A stretch of DNA of 64,000 nt from Desulfobacterales bacterium (GTDB lineage Bacteria; Desulfobacterota; Desulfobacteria; Desulfobacterales; JAHDSC01): positions 15,174-79,173 of the forward strand of contig JAXGJZ010000013.1 of NCBI GenBank assembly GCA_040769985.1, read 5' to 3'. Below the pieces are notes generated by a model. The model did not search any database. It saw nothing but the letters and a program-made list of their open reading frames with translations, and was not told where the DNA came from. The position numbers were made by a program, and so were the translations under genes. Positions 45,665 through 56,174 of this stretch are shown here, piece by piece; the stretch's first letter is position 1, and each line of letters opens with the position of its first letter.

Positions 45665-46080
45665 ATACAATCAAGGAGTTAATCATTTGGGTTGGCTCCT
45701 TTTTTTGTGTCGATTTCATGGATTGTGTCCGAAAGCTTTGCCCAAGCGCCGCTTATTCTCTTTAAGTTATGCATAACCGGAGCGTCTCTTTTCCCGGTAT
45801 TGACGAAAAGCTCCTGATGAAAAAGCTGAAAGACCTATGCTACCGGTGCGGATGAACAGAAAATATCTTTTTAAAACGCTTGCAATCAGCCGTCTGCCTT
45901 TCTTATCCAGGCGTTTTAATTTTATGGGTAAGTTGAGGAGATTTTTATGGAGAAAAAATATAAAGTGGTCACTTATGTAAGTTGATACATACATCACATC
46001 TTCTCTGTTTTACCAAATGAATGAGATGCCGGGCAGGATGGAATGTGGTCATTCCTAAAGAAAGCCATGGCGTCGATCCG

Positions 46081-48285
46081 TCATGTTTCCAGAATTTGCC
46101 GTATGGCTTGAGAAAGCGTATTGATTCTGAAAGGCTTCTGTAAGAAACTCCTGCAACCCTGAGTCATTAAGCTGTCTGACTGGCTCTGCTTGCTATAGCC
46201 GCTCGAAACGATTACCTTTACGTTTTCATCGATCATTTTCAGACGTGCAAAGGTCTCCTCGCCGCTCATATCCGGCATGATGATGTCGAGGATTACGAGG
46301 GCAATGGAGTGCCTCTGGTCGGCATAAATATTCAGGGCATCCTTGCCGTTGTTCACCGTTATCACCCGGTATCCGAGGGCCTTGAGCATTTCCCGGCCTA
46401 CATCGAGAATAAAAGGTTCATCATCCACGAGTAGGATTGTTTCCGTTCCCCTGAGAATATTTGCAGCGGAAGTTGTATCTCGTGTTACATCTTTATCCGA
46501 TATGGGAAGGTAAACATGAAACGTACTTCCGTGCCCCTTTTCGCTTTCGACCTCAATGAAACCTCCGTGGTTTTTGATAATGCCATATGCAGATGCGAGT
46601 CCTAAGCCGGTACCGTGTCCCATCTCCTTGGTAGTGAAAAACGGCTCGAAGATTCTTCCCCGTGTTTTGCTGTCCATCCCGACGCCCGTATCGGTTATGG
46701 TCAATCGGATGAAAGTCCCGGGCGTTACGGAATGTATTTCTGCAGTATGATCATCCAGAAGAATTCTTTCGGTTTTGAGATACAGCGTTCCTCCGCCCGG
46801 CATTGCATGCCAGGCGTTGACATAGAGATTGATGAGTACCTGCTCGATCTGCCCCTGATCCGCTTCTACCACGGAAAGGGCTCTTTCGTATTCCGTAAGG
46901 ATCGTTATTTCCTTTTTTGTGCGACCGAACATGGAGAGAGTCTTTTCAACGACCTCATTGATATTCAATGGTTTGACTTCGTATTTGCCTTTTCGGGCGA
47001 AGCCAAGGAGTTGTTTGGTGAGATTTGCCCCGCTCCTTACAAGTTCTTCAATACTCGCAAAGTTTTTGTAATGAGGATGCGAACTGTCCAAATCGTATAT
47101 CGCGAGAGATGCATATCCCTGAATTCCCATCAATATGTTGTTGATATCGTGAGCAATACCGCCTGCGAGGGAGCCGACGGCTTCCATCTTGTGTGAGTGG
47201 AGCAGTTGTTCCTCGAGCTTTTTTTGTTCCGAGATATCATCGTAAACGGCAACAATGCGCTTGTTGGTCAGACTGCTTCCGATCCTTGAAATAATGAGTC
47301 TACAGATGATCTCCTTGCCGTCTCGACGGCGAAAGATCGCCTCTTCATTATGCCGTTCCTGATGCTGGAGAATAGGGTATATCCGGTTGAGCTGTTTGTA
47401 TTCCTCTTCTGTTCGGTACAGAATGCGGGAATTCTTGCCGATTAATTCTTCGGGTTTCCATCCCAAAATGGTTTCAACGGCGTCGTTGGCAAAGATGATT
47501 TTGCGTTCCTCCAGACCGATGACGGCCTGAGAAATGCCGCTCAGTATGGATGATTTCAGTTCCTCAAGGTATACCAGTGTCTCTTCCTTTCGCTCCTTCT
47601 CCGTAATTTCACGCTGAAGTTGTTCATTGATTTGTTTTAGCTGCGCGGTTCGCTCCCTAACCAAGTCTTCCAGATGATTCCGGTATTGGTTCAGCTTTTT
47701 CTCGGTTTCTTTTCGCTCTTTTATTTCCCGGTCCAATTGTTCGTTCGCGTGCAGGAGTTCATTGGCGTGTTCTTCAAGCTCTTGGTAAGCTCTTTTCAGC
47801 TCTTCCTGCGCGCGTTTGAGCTTGGTGAAATCGGTTACCGAGAAAACGAATCCCTTGGATGGATCATTCTTGTCCTGGAGGCGTCCGGTCAGGAGACAGG
47901 GTACGAGATGCCCCTTCTTGTGGAGAAGATCGTATTCACAGTTGAATAATCCTTCTTTATGGGTTTGAATAATATCTTCGATCTTCGTTCGCTCTTCGTC
48001 ATCCGGATACAAAATGCCTGTTTCCGCGCCGATCAATTCCTCCTGTTTCCATCCGAGTATATCGGTCAATGCCCTGTTGCACCAGGCAAAAGCGCGATTT
48101 TTCACGAGACATATCCCGTGGGTGGTGCTGTCAAGGACGGCCATGAGGATATTTTCGGATTGTCTCAGCTTTGCGTTCGCGACGGTGAGTTCCTCGGCCT
48201 GTTCCTGAACGTCTTCGAGATTGAAAATATACTCTTGGAGGATCCGTCTTTGTTGTTCGTCGAGTTGAGTGTTGGTATGATCCAT
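46081..48285 (-). CDS. PAS-domain hybrid sensor histidine kinase / response regulator
   Basis: 734 aa. Coiled-coil and PAS regions, H-box GGIAHDINNIL, HATPase motifs (DTGVGMD, GHGTGLGL), and a C-terminal REC (ILLVDDEP...DIIMPDMSG). Confidence 0.9.
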   Translation of the reverse strand: MDHTNTQLDEQQRRILQEYIFNLEDVQEQAEELTVANAKLRQSENILMAVLDSTTHGICLVKNRAFAWCNRALTDILGWKQEELIGAETGILYPDDEERTKIEDIIQTHKEGLFNCEYDLLHKKGHLVPCLLTGRLQDKNDPSKGFVFSVTDFTKLKRAQEELKRAYQELEEHANELLHANEQLDREIKERKETEKKLNQYRNHLEDLVRERTAQLKQINEQLQREITEKERKEETLVYLEELKSSILSGISQAVIGLEERKIIFANDAVETILGWKPEELIGKNSRILYRTEEEYKQLNRIYPILQHQERHNEEAIFRRRDGKEIICRLIISRIGSSLTNKRIVAVYDDISEQKKLEEQLLHSHKMEAVGSLAGGIAHDINNILMGIQGYASLAIYDLDSSHPHYKNFASIEELVRSGANLTKQLLGFARKGKYEVKPLNINEVVEKTLSMFGRTKKEITILTEYERALSVVEADQGQIEQVLINLYVNAWHAMPGGGTLYLKTERILLDDHTAEIHSVTPGTFIRLTITDTGVGMDSKTRGRIFEPFFTTKEMGHGTGLGLASAYGIIKNHGGFIEVESEKGHGSTFHVYLPISDKDVTRDTTSAANILRGTETILLVDDEPFILDVGREMLKALGYRVITVNNGKDALNIYADQRHSIALVILDIIMPDMSGEETFARLKMIDENVKVIVSSGYSKQSQSDSLMTQGCRSFLQKPFRINTLSQAIRQILET

Positions 48286-48295
48286 GAGATGTTCC

Positions 48296-48694
48296 CTATG
48301 AACGTCCTTTTTTCAAAGCCTCTCCTTTATCGTGGAGACGACGAATCTCTTCGAAAATCTCCGGGAAGCCAACAGGTTTACACAGATATCTGACGGCGCC
48401 GGCGTCCAAGCCTTGTTGAACCTCATCCGATTGAGCCTTTGCCGACAGCATGATGATTTGAGCATCTTTTGTTCGGTCATCCGATTTGAGTATTTTGCAT
48501 ACTTCGATTCCATTAAGCTTCGGCAGCTTGACATCAAGAAGGACGATATCAGGAAGGCGCAAAAAGGCTTGTCGGAGTGCTTCTTCTCCATCGTCGGCCG
48601 TATAAACCATATAGCCTTGTTTGGTCAACTTCCGTTGCAGATAGGATGAGATAGGCGCCTCATCGTCCACGACCAGAATCTTTAAACTCTCCAT
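48296..48694 (-). CDS. single-domain response regulator (CheY-like REC)
   Basis: 132 aa from the internal ATG (MESLKILVVDDE...LLDVKLPKLNG...LSAKA...KP). Confidence 0.88.
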   Translation of the reverse strand: MESLKILVVDDEAPISSYLQRKLTKQGYMVYTADDGEEALRQAFLRLPDIVLLDVKLPKLNGIEVCKILKSDDRTKDAQIIMLSAKAQSDEVQQGLDAGAVRYLCKPVGFPEIFEEIRRLHDKGEALKKGRS

Positions 48695-48713
48695 AAACAA
48701 GCTCCTTTCGCTT

Positions 48714-51221
48714 TTATGCTTGCCCATGCCGTGAAGATGATTTGGGCAGGAGGATAATGAAGACCGCTCCCTTACGGTCACCGCCTAAGGGTAGTCCTGG
48801 AAAATATCCATCGGGAAGCGGGCTCTCACAGTTTATGCTTCCACCATGGTTTTCGACGATTTCCTTCGTGATCGTCAGCCCCAGACCACTGCCGCCGACT
48901 TTCTGGGACATGATGCTGTCTGCCTGGAAAAATTTCCTGAATATCTCTTTCTGCGCCCATGATGGGATGCCGTACCCATTGTCCGCGATAAAGAATATCA
49001 TCTCCCCTTCATTTTGCTCCGCCTTGACGATGATGGTTCCTCCGTCGGGGGAGTATTTGATTGAATTGCTGAGGCAGTTTATGACCACCTGAACCATGCG
49101 GTCTTTGTCAACTCGGATTTGTCCGATATCCGGAGGGATTTGCTTGACGATGGTGTGTCCGTGTGCATTTGCCAGATCAAGAACTTCGGCGACAGCCCGG
49201 TCCACGATCTCATGAACCTCTGTTTCCGACTTGTTCAGTACAATCTTTCGGGATTCAATCCTGGACAGATCAAGCAAATTTGATACCAGACGCATAAGGC
49301 GCTCGATTCCGGTTTTCGCGAGTTCCAGATCCTGTCGTACTTCCTCATTGATCTTGCCGGAAAATCCTCCCAGTATCCCCGATACACCGAGGAGCATGGC
49401 CTGTATCGGCGTTCTCAGTTCATGGGAGGCAATTGTAATGAAATCCGATTTCATTTTATCCACCTCGGAAACAGCCTTAGCCATTTCATTGAACGAGTGG
49501 GCGAGTTGGCCGATTTCATCCTTTGATGTTACCTCAATGTATTGATCGTAGTTTCCGCTCCTCATGGCGATGGCTCCTTCCGTGAGCCGTTTCATGGGTC
49601 TTGTAATATGAAAACTGATGATCAATGAGGCACCGATTACCGCCAGAGCGGCCAGTACGGCAATGATGGTGATCACCTTGCGATTGTGTTCGGCGCTTCT
49701 CCGGATGAGGTCCCTTGTCGTGCTGTTTGCGGACATGATTGTCTGCCCTTCTCGGGCAATGGCCTTCTGTATTCGATCTTTTGTGATATTAGCGTCCTTG
49801 TGGAAGTCATCGACATTTGCGCCGATGGTAACGTACCCGAAACCTCTCTTTGACTTTCCATACATGCCGGTATGGTAAGGGATTGCCGCGTACGTCGTCA
49901 GTTTCCAGAGACCGCTCCATAAGATCAAAAACGAGCCGGACCCCCCGTCTTCCGTGCCTTCGTGCCAACCCTGGCATTGAGGGGCGTTATCGAGTATCCT
50001 GCAATCCAGAGGGATGCAGCCTGATTTTATCTGTTCTTTACAGGCCGGCTTCTTCTGGGTGAAATCCCGGAATGACGGGAGCTGACGGATAAATGTTTCT
50101 AATGTCAACCCGCTTTTCCTATATTCATCATAAGTGCTTTGGCTCACCCAACCGGGTATCTCTTTTCCCGTGGAGGGATCATATCCACAAATAAAGAAAT
50201 CGCGGGCATGGGCGATACATCGATCACGGTGGTCCCAAATAAAGGCATAGTTTCCCGATCCGCCGTCTGAGTGGACGGTAAAGCGTTCCTCGGTGGGAAT
50301 CACGTGATCGGTAAACTCCATCACATGGGTGTGATCCAGAGCCATTGTTGCGTATCCTATCTTACGGTCGAGGTCGTCGTGCACGGGCGCCGCCCATCGG
50401 ATAATCCCCTCAAATTTCCTGCCCTGGAGGTTTTCTTTTCCCGCATACGCGCTTTCCTGTTTTATCGTAATGCCATCGGGTGTTATCGAGAGCCATCCGG
50501 GCACATATTCGCCGATAACCTCCGATACAAAGATTTCGCCTTTCTTAAGATCTTTCACATGGGTGAAGTAGCCTTCCGCGCGGCAGTAAGTGTTTTCTAT
50601 CTTACTGATATCCAACAGGTTCCGCGACACCTGGCCATCGGTGATTTTAATCCTTTCCATGCCGTTGAGATCAACGAAGGTAATTTCCTTGTACAGCGGT
50701 TTTGACAGCTTTTTGAACTGCTGCGGAGACCTGTGTCTCCACTCGGTCCTGTTTTCAGGGTTACTTGATTGTACAGGGGACAAGGGAGAAGGTTCCTGCC
50801 CGCCGAGGGGCGGTTCGGTGATCACTACATCGCGTTTTGATGCCGAATAGAAGTGTCGATATTTCTCGGGATCATGAGGGAGAGAAGACAGGATAAGCAT
50901 ATCTTTGTCCCTCTCATACAAAAAGTCGGCGATCCTTGCGGCAAGCTCGACGGTTCTCAATTCGATCGCCTCGGTTGATTTCTTGTCCAGCGCGGAAACG
51001 CTGTCTTCGATGGATGTCATTCCTATTTCTTCCGCCGCTTCCAGATTCTGTTTCCCCATTTCCTCGGCTCTCTGAACGGCCTGTAGCCCCGTATCACTGA
51101 GATTTTTGTTGGCAAAGTAGCCAAGAATGACCAGAGGCACAATGGATAGGAAAAGAAAACCAAACAAAAGTTTTGGGAAAATACCCATTCGTTCGAATCG
51201 AACCCGCAATCTTTCAATCAT
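48714..51221 (-). CDS. sensor histidine kinase with a periplasmic domain of about 480 aa, plus HAMP, HisKA and HATPase_c
   Basis: 835 aa. Two TM segments flank a large extracytoplasmic region. HAMP, H-box ASHELRTP, and DNGYGIP / GGSGLGL. Confidence 0.9.
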   Translation of the reverse strand: MIERLRVRFERMGIFPKLLFGFLFLSIVPLVILGYFANKNLSDTGLQAVQRAEEMGKQNLEAAEEIGMTSIEDSVSALDKKSTEAIELRTVELAARIADFLYERDKDMLILSSLPHDPEKYRHFYSASKRDVVITEPPLGGQEPSPLSPVQSSNPENRTEWRHRSPQQFKKLSKPLYKEITFVDLNGMERIKITDGQVSRNLLDISKIENTYCRAEGYFTHVKDLKKGEIFVSEVIGEYVPGWLSITPDGITIKQESAYAGKENLQGRKFEGIIRWAAPVHDDLDRKIGYATMALDHTHVMEFTDHVIPTEERFTVHSDGGSGNYAFIWDHRDRCIAHARDFFICGYDPSTGKEIPGWVSQSTYDEYRKSGLTLETFIRQLPSFRDFTQKKPACKEQIKSGCIPLDCRILDNAPQCQGWHEGTEDGGSGSFLILWSGLWKLTTYAAIPYHTGMYGKSKRGFGYVTIGANVDDFHKDANITKDRIQKAIAREGQTIMSANSTTRDLIRRSAEHNRKVITIIAVLAALAVIGASLIISFHITRPMKRLTEGAIAMRSGNYDQYIEVTSKDEIGQLAHSFNEMAKAVSEVDKMKSDFITIASHELRTPIQAMLLGVSGILGGFSGKINEEVRQDLELAKTGIERLMRLVSNLLDLSRIESRKIVLNKSETEVHEIVDRAVAEVLDLANAHGHTIVKQIPPDIGQIRVDKDRMVQVVINCLSNSIKYSPDGGTIIVKAEQNEGEMIFFIADNGYGIPSWAQKEIFRKFFQADSIMSQKVGGSGLGLTITKEIVENHGGSINCESPLPDGYFPGLPLGGDRKGAVFIILLPKSSSRHGQA

Positions 51222-51971
51222 TTGGTTTTCTCACAAAAAACAGGGTCAATATATTTATTTTGTTTCAGGGCCGTTGCCGGATGGCGTGTTTTTTGGGTTC
51301 TTTAAAAACAATTTAAGGATTTCGGCGTTATGGTTGTTGATCGGATACTTACATTCTTTTCATGTTTAATTTGATAACAAGTTGCATTTATGGAAAAAAC
51401 ATAAGAAACTCGATATGGTATGTCAATGAAAAACATATCGTTGCAATATGTAGGTGTGATAATGAACACAAAAGGGATGTATCGGGGTTTTCATTATTTT
51501 GAGAAACTGTTCCCCATTTGGCTGTCTCGTTTTCGAAACATTTGAAAAAGTACGATGATTCGGGCAATAAAAACGAAAATGAAGGTAAATTCATATTGCT
51601 CTATTCTTATCACCGAAAACGGCTCAGATGTAAACAACCATTGACAATTTCGGAATATTTCGGTAAAAATTTTATGAGTCTTGTTGATCGGTTTCTCGTC
51701 AGCCTTGCTTCACTTCTACTGATTGCGCATCTGCCGCTGGTATCTATTATCCGCTTTATTTCAGCAAAAATTTCATATCCCTTTTCCGAAGGAACTTTTA
51801 CGAATCGGCAGTTTTTTTCAATTTCAATATAGCCGTCCAAAATCAGCAAGATTTGCCACAAAGATACGCTAAATATTTCTTGGATTGAAATTTAACCAGG
51901 GCGACGAAATTCCACAAAGAGGAATTTTTCAAAAGTCTCGAAGCAATTTCATCTAAAAAGGAGGCTATACG

Positions 51972-52220
51972 ATGTGGTATTATAAAGCAAAGGTCGGTAC
52001 ATTTCGTATACATTCCAATCTGGAAAATCCGGGAAGTTACTTGTTAAAAATTGACAATGTCCATCTGGGTCATTATGATTCTCCGGAGGCCGCAGCCGAT
52101 GATGTTTGTAAGCGATCAACCGGTTGGGATGCATGGGACCTTCTGCCTTCCGAAGAAGCGCCCGGCAATCTCTCGGTATGGCTGGCGGCCGAACCCTTCC
52201 ATAAGTACCGAGATTTATGA
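51972..52220 (+). CDS. small hypothetical protein (82 aa)
   Basis: A strong RBS, AAGGAGG, lies 7 nt before the ATG. The ORF sits at the edge of an AT-rich tract. No family firmly recognised. Confidence 0.5.
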   Translation: MWYYKAKVGTFRIHSNLENPGSYLLKIDNVHLGHYDSPEAAADDVCKRSTGWDAWDLLPSEEAPGNLSVWLAAEPFHKYRDL

Positions 52221-53978
52221 CTTAATGATAAAACACTTCTCATGATTTTTTAAAATTTCATTGACCTTCCGGGATAATTGAAGCATATCGAACGGTTTCT
52301 GAATAAACCCGTTGCAACCGCGAGCCAATATTGCCGACGCTTGCCCTTGCAGGCTGTAACCGCTGGACAAAAGGACTTTTATGCCGGGATTGATTTCTTT
52401 CATCCGGTCGTAAACAGCTCCGCCTCCCAAATCCGGCATGATCATATCCAGAATCACCAGGTCGATCTTCTCATAATGATTACCGTAAATCTCTATCGCC
52501 GCTTTTCCGCTTTCAGCGGTTAAAACTTCATATCCACATGCTTCCAGCATGTATTTAACGACATCAAGAATAAAATTTTCATCATCCACCAACAGAATGC
52601 TTCCGGAGTCTCCCGTCGTCCTTTGTCCCGTGCCATTCTCTCTAATCACCTTTTTATCCGAAGCCGGCAGATAGACGTAAAAGCTGGAGCCCTTCCCTTT
52701 TTTGCTGACAAAATCAATGAAACCATCATGATTTTTGATAATGCCGAAGGCAGATGCCAGCCCCAGTCCGGAGCCTCTCCCTATTTTTTGAGTCGTGAAG
52801 AAAGGCTCAAAAATCCGCTGCTGGGTCGATTCATCCATGCCGGTTCCCGTATCAATAATAGATGCTTTTACATACCTGCCTGGTGTAACGCCGAATGCTT
52901 TCACATCATTTGCATACAGAATGACGTTCTCCGTCTGTAGATAGAGGTTGCCTCCCTCAGGCATGGATTGGAAAGCGTTCAGATAAAGATTGACAAGGAC
53001 CTGTTCGATTTGCCCCTGGTCCGCTTCAACCGTCCAGAGATCTTTTTGAAAATTCCGATGAATTTCGACCTCTTTTCTGGTTCGACCCAGCATCTGGGAA
53101 CATTTGTGAACCAGTCGATTCAGGTTGGTGGGTCTTACCACATATTTCCCGCCTCTTGCAAAGCCCAGAAGCTGTCGGGTGAGATTCGCGCCGCTCTTTA
53201 CGGATTGTTCAATTTTTTTGATTTTTTCATTGCGAGGGTCATGCGGATCGCTCTCCGAAAGAATGAGAGAAATATACCCCTGTATCCCCATGAGCAGGTT
53301 GTTAAAATCATGGGCAATCCCTCCGGCCAGAGTTCCGATTGCCTCCAATCTTTGGGCCTTTTGGAGTTGCTTTTCCAGTTTCTTTTTTTCTTGTTCCGCC
53401 TGAATGCGCTCCGTAATATCTCGGCCGAAACCCAGAAACCCGATTGTTTTGCCTTCCGGGTTCTTCATCAGGGTCGCAAATAATTCGACGGTTCTTGTTT
53501 CCCCGTCTTTTCTTTTTATTTTAAAGGAGATTACTTTTGAAGGCTTCTCTTTTCGATAAACCGCGTTAAAAAAGAAATATAATTTTTTTGAAGTTCTGGG
53601 AAGGGTATATCGGCGGTAATTCATCCCAATCAATTCCCGGTCGCTATATCCTGTGATTTTGACGGCGGAGTCATTAAGAAACATGAAGTTTCCATCCAGA
53701 TCCGTTTCAAAGTAGCCTTCTTCAATGCTCTCAAGGATACTCCGGTACTTCTTTTCACTCTGCCGCAATGCATCCTCGGCTTTCCTGTGCTCCCGGACAA
53801 GCTTTGAAAGATGAGCGATTTCTCTTAACCGTTTCATACCGGTACGTTCCGAAATTTTTTTATAGTATCGGGCCTCTTGCGTGGCTTCTCCCAGCAGCTT
53901 TTCAAGCCTGGCACATTTTTCTTCCATAACTGTATGTTCTCTGGCCATGTTTTTAATCTTATGCCGGTTTCCATCCAT
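52215..53978 (-). CDS. PAS-domain hybrid sensor histidine kinase / response regulator
   Basis: 587 aa. PAS domain, H-box GGIAHDFNNLL, DTGTGMD, GRGSGLGL, and REC (ILLVDDENF...ILDMIMPDLGG). Exact start uncertain. Confidence 0.9.
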   Translation of the reverse strand: MDGNRHKIKNMAREHTVMEEKCARLEKLLGEATQEARYYKKISERTGMKRLREIAHLSKLVREHRKAEDALRQSEKKYRSILESIEEGYFETDLDGNFMFLNDSAVKITGYSDRELIGMNYRRYTLPRTSKKLYFFFNAVYRKEKPSKVISFKIKRKDGETRTVELFATLMKNPEGKTIGFLGFGRDITERIQAEQEKKKLEKQLQKAQRLEAIGTLAGGIAHDFNNLLMGIQGYISLILSESDPHDPRNEKIKKIEQSVKSGANLTRQLLGFARGGKYVVRPTNLNRLVHKCSQMLGRTRKEVEIHRNFQKDLWTVEADQGQIEQVLVNLYLNAFQSMPEGGNLYLQTENVILYANDVKAFGVTPGRYVKASIIDTGTGMDESTQQRIFEPFFTTQKIGRGSGLGLASAFGIIKNHDGFIDFVSKKGKGSSFYVYLPASDKKVIRENGTGQRTTGDSGSILLVDDENFILDVVKYMLEACGYEVLTAESGKAAIEIYGNHYEKIDLVILDMIMPDLGGGAVYDRMKEINPGIKVLLSSGYSLQGQASAILARGCNGFIQKPFDMLQLSRKVNEILKNHEKCFIIKS

Positions 53979-54116
53979 AAAGGGTCCTTTTGGGCCGTAA
54001 CTGCGTTATCCGGTTCGCTGTCCCAGCGGGTGGTATACGCCTCACCCCAAACCCCTGCGCGACATTGATCCGGGTAAAATCGCTCATTCGCGAACCGGAA
54101 ACGTACGGTGTCTATT

Positions 54117-55352
54117 TTATCTTTCCGGATGCGGACCCGCCAGAACAATCAAGACGCCGGTCCAGTCCAAGCCTCTGCTCTTTCGAAGGAAAGGAGCAAT
54201 TTCCACCCCGGAGTAAAAACCCAATAAAGGAACATGATATCGGTTGAACACCTTCTGAACCTGGGCGGCTTCCTCTGTTTCGGTATGGGAATAGCCGGCT
54301 GTGCGTCCCGCACAATCAATATACATTCCGAAAAGAGCTTTTTTCCCCTCTGAATATATTTGTTTCATCAGCTCGGCGGAATTTCTTTCCGCGGATTCGA
54401 TCATGTTCGCGGTATCTCTCAGCATAAACTGGATTTCAGAGCCCGGTACAAGGTCTTCCTCAAAAATCGATATGCCTTTCCCATCCGGTAAAACACCGGT
54501 TATCAGCCGGTTTACATACTTGCTTTCCTCAGGTTCCATGAATTTTTCACCCTGGTTTACACCGATCGTCAGAAGGTCAACCGGATGATGATGCCTCCAC
54601 TCCCGGTTTCCGTAAATCTTGTCTATTATCTCGACGATTGGTTTGCCGTCCAATTCGTAGATTGCCGAGCCTTCCATTTTTGTAATTTTGTGGTATACGC
54701 CATCAAGAGGTGTACAACCGTGCATAATTCGGAAATAGGGACTGAAGTTTCCCGACAGCATCAAGCCTACAACACTTTGACTGTCTACACAGGAGCCACA
54801 GAACTGCCGGGTGGAACCCATTGCATAATCGCCCATCAGGCCCGCGCCGAAAATAGGCACATCGGATGGAAGATTTTGTTCCATCCCTTCGATTAAAGAG
54901 CACGAAGTGTTTAACACCGGCAGTGCATTCTCGGTGGCGGGCCTTTTTATTGAGTCATAGAAAATGAGCAGCAGCCGGTCATCCGTTTTACTTGCCAATT
55001 TTTCAGTCAGCCGTTTTCCCGCGCTTTTTTCATTTTTGTCGAGATCGCCTTCCACCGCCAGCCGGCATTGAAGCATGTCCGATTGAATGACGGCGGCCGC
55101 GGCCGGATAACCTTCATACATCAGGCAATCTCCTGTAATAATACCGATCGCTGAACCGCCGATTATCGGGACCTGCTTTCCCACAACGGATTGAAGCCCC
55201 GCAAAGAATTCCTTGTAATCAGTCTGCCCACTGCAAAAAGCCAACACAAAATCCGGTTTTTGTATATCACCTCTTGAAATGGCCGTTTCGCCTGTTTTTT
55301 TCCCTGATAAAGCGGATTCTTTTTCATTAGCGGTTCCAATTCCAACCTTCAT
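54117..55352 (-). CDS. FIST domain (FIST_N + FIST_C) signal-transduction protein
   Basis: 411 aa. The pattern PDFVLAFCS ... IIGGSAIG ... GLMLSG ... GFYSGVEIAP is typical of FIST proteins. RBS GGAGG. It lies directly upstream of a hybrid kinase. Confidence 0.85.
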   Translation of the reverse strand: MKVGIGTANEKESALSGKKTGETAISRGDIQKPDFVLAFCSGQTDYKEFFAGLQSVVGKQVPIIGGSAIGIITGDCLMYEGYPAAAAVIQSDMLQCRLAVEGDLDKNEKSAGKRLTEKLASKTDDRLLLIFYDSIKRPATENALPVLNTSCSLIEGMEQNLPSDVPIFGAGLMGDYAMGSTRQFCGSCVDSQSVVGLMLSGNFSPYFRIMHGCTPLDGVYHKITKMEGSAIYELDGKPIVEIIDKIYGNREWRHHHPVDLLTIGVNQGEKFMEPEESKYVNRLITGVLPDGKGISIFEEDLVPGSEIQFMLRDTANMIESAERNSAELMKQIYSEGKKALFGMYIDCAGRTAGYSHTETEEAAQVQKVFNRYHVPLLGFYSGVEIAPFLRKSRGLDWTGVLIVLAGPHPER

Positions 55353-55761
55353 TGAGCGCCTCCGGAAAGCAAATATTCAAGGATCCGTCAAGAAACGGCT
55401 CCCCGGCAGTTTTAACCCCTGATCGAATGTTTGTGAATTCATTCTATATTTCCATTTTTTCCCGTAATATAGCCGCCTGAAAAAGTCAATGATATCGAAA
55501 ATACATATTTTTTATGATGCTTGATGATAACATCCTGTTATTGAAGGATAAAAATGCCGACCATGCCTGATTGCAACAAAGAGACATGATAACCTTACCT
55601 TACCCAAAAAGATGCAAGATTCGGACCAAAACCGGGAGCGAAGTTTCCGTGACTTGTCGAGGGGGGGCCGAAGGGCGAACCCGGAGATCAAAAATATCAT
55701 TTGATACCGATTACATCGGCACTCCGGATAAATTGGAGGCGCGAAATTCGAGATCAGAGTT

Positions 55762-56174
55762 ATGAAAACCGATTATGATTGCGTGCCGTGCTGGATTGGT
55801 CGGACGCTGGATGCGGTAGGTTTGGGGACTTCCGAAGAAAGAATCCGCCAACAAATGCTTCACGGCGCGGTTGTTTCAAGGCAAGGGATGGATCTCCGGA
55901 AATCCCCCCAATTAGTGTGCAAGTACATCTATCGAATGCTCGGAAGGGTTCAGGGACAGTTTCTCCGACCCGGATCGGGTGGTTGCCAAAGCGCTGGGAA
56001 ACGATGAGACACATCGGCGATGTGGATAAACGGATCGCCTTCATCCTCAAGTCGAAACACCCGGTAATCGTAACACCTGTCGGCTGTCCGAAAGAAAGTA
56101 TTGTCATCCGAGGAAAGAAGTTGCTGCGCCGATCCAATGCAACCGGCGCAACAAGCCGGAAATGGTTTACATGA
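55762..56174 (+). pseudogene. remnant of a DUF89 (ARMT1-like damage-control phosphatase) gene: N-terminal and C-terminal pieces in three frames
   Basis: Frame 1 gives MKTDYDCVPCWIGRTLDAV...MDLRKSPQLVCKYIYRML. Frame 2 gives FSDPDRVVAKALGN. Frame 0 gives RIAFILKSKHPVIVTPVGCPKESIVI. Only about 410 nt is available, against roughly 870 nt for an intact member. Confidence 0.5.

Noticed and set aside
51518-51861. Overlapping 104-aa (+) and 83-aa (-) ORFs in the AT-rich tract
   Set aside because: They have no RBS, overlap each other, and show low-complexity AT-driven composition. The faint Fis-HTH resemblance of the minus ORF is too weak to call a gene.
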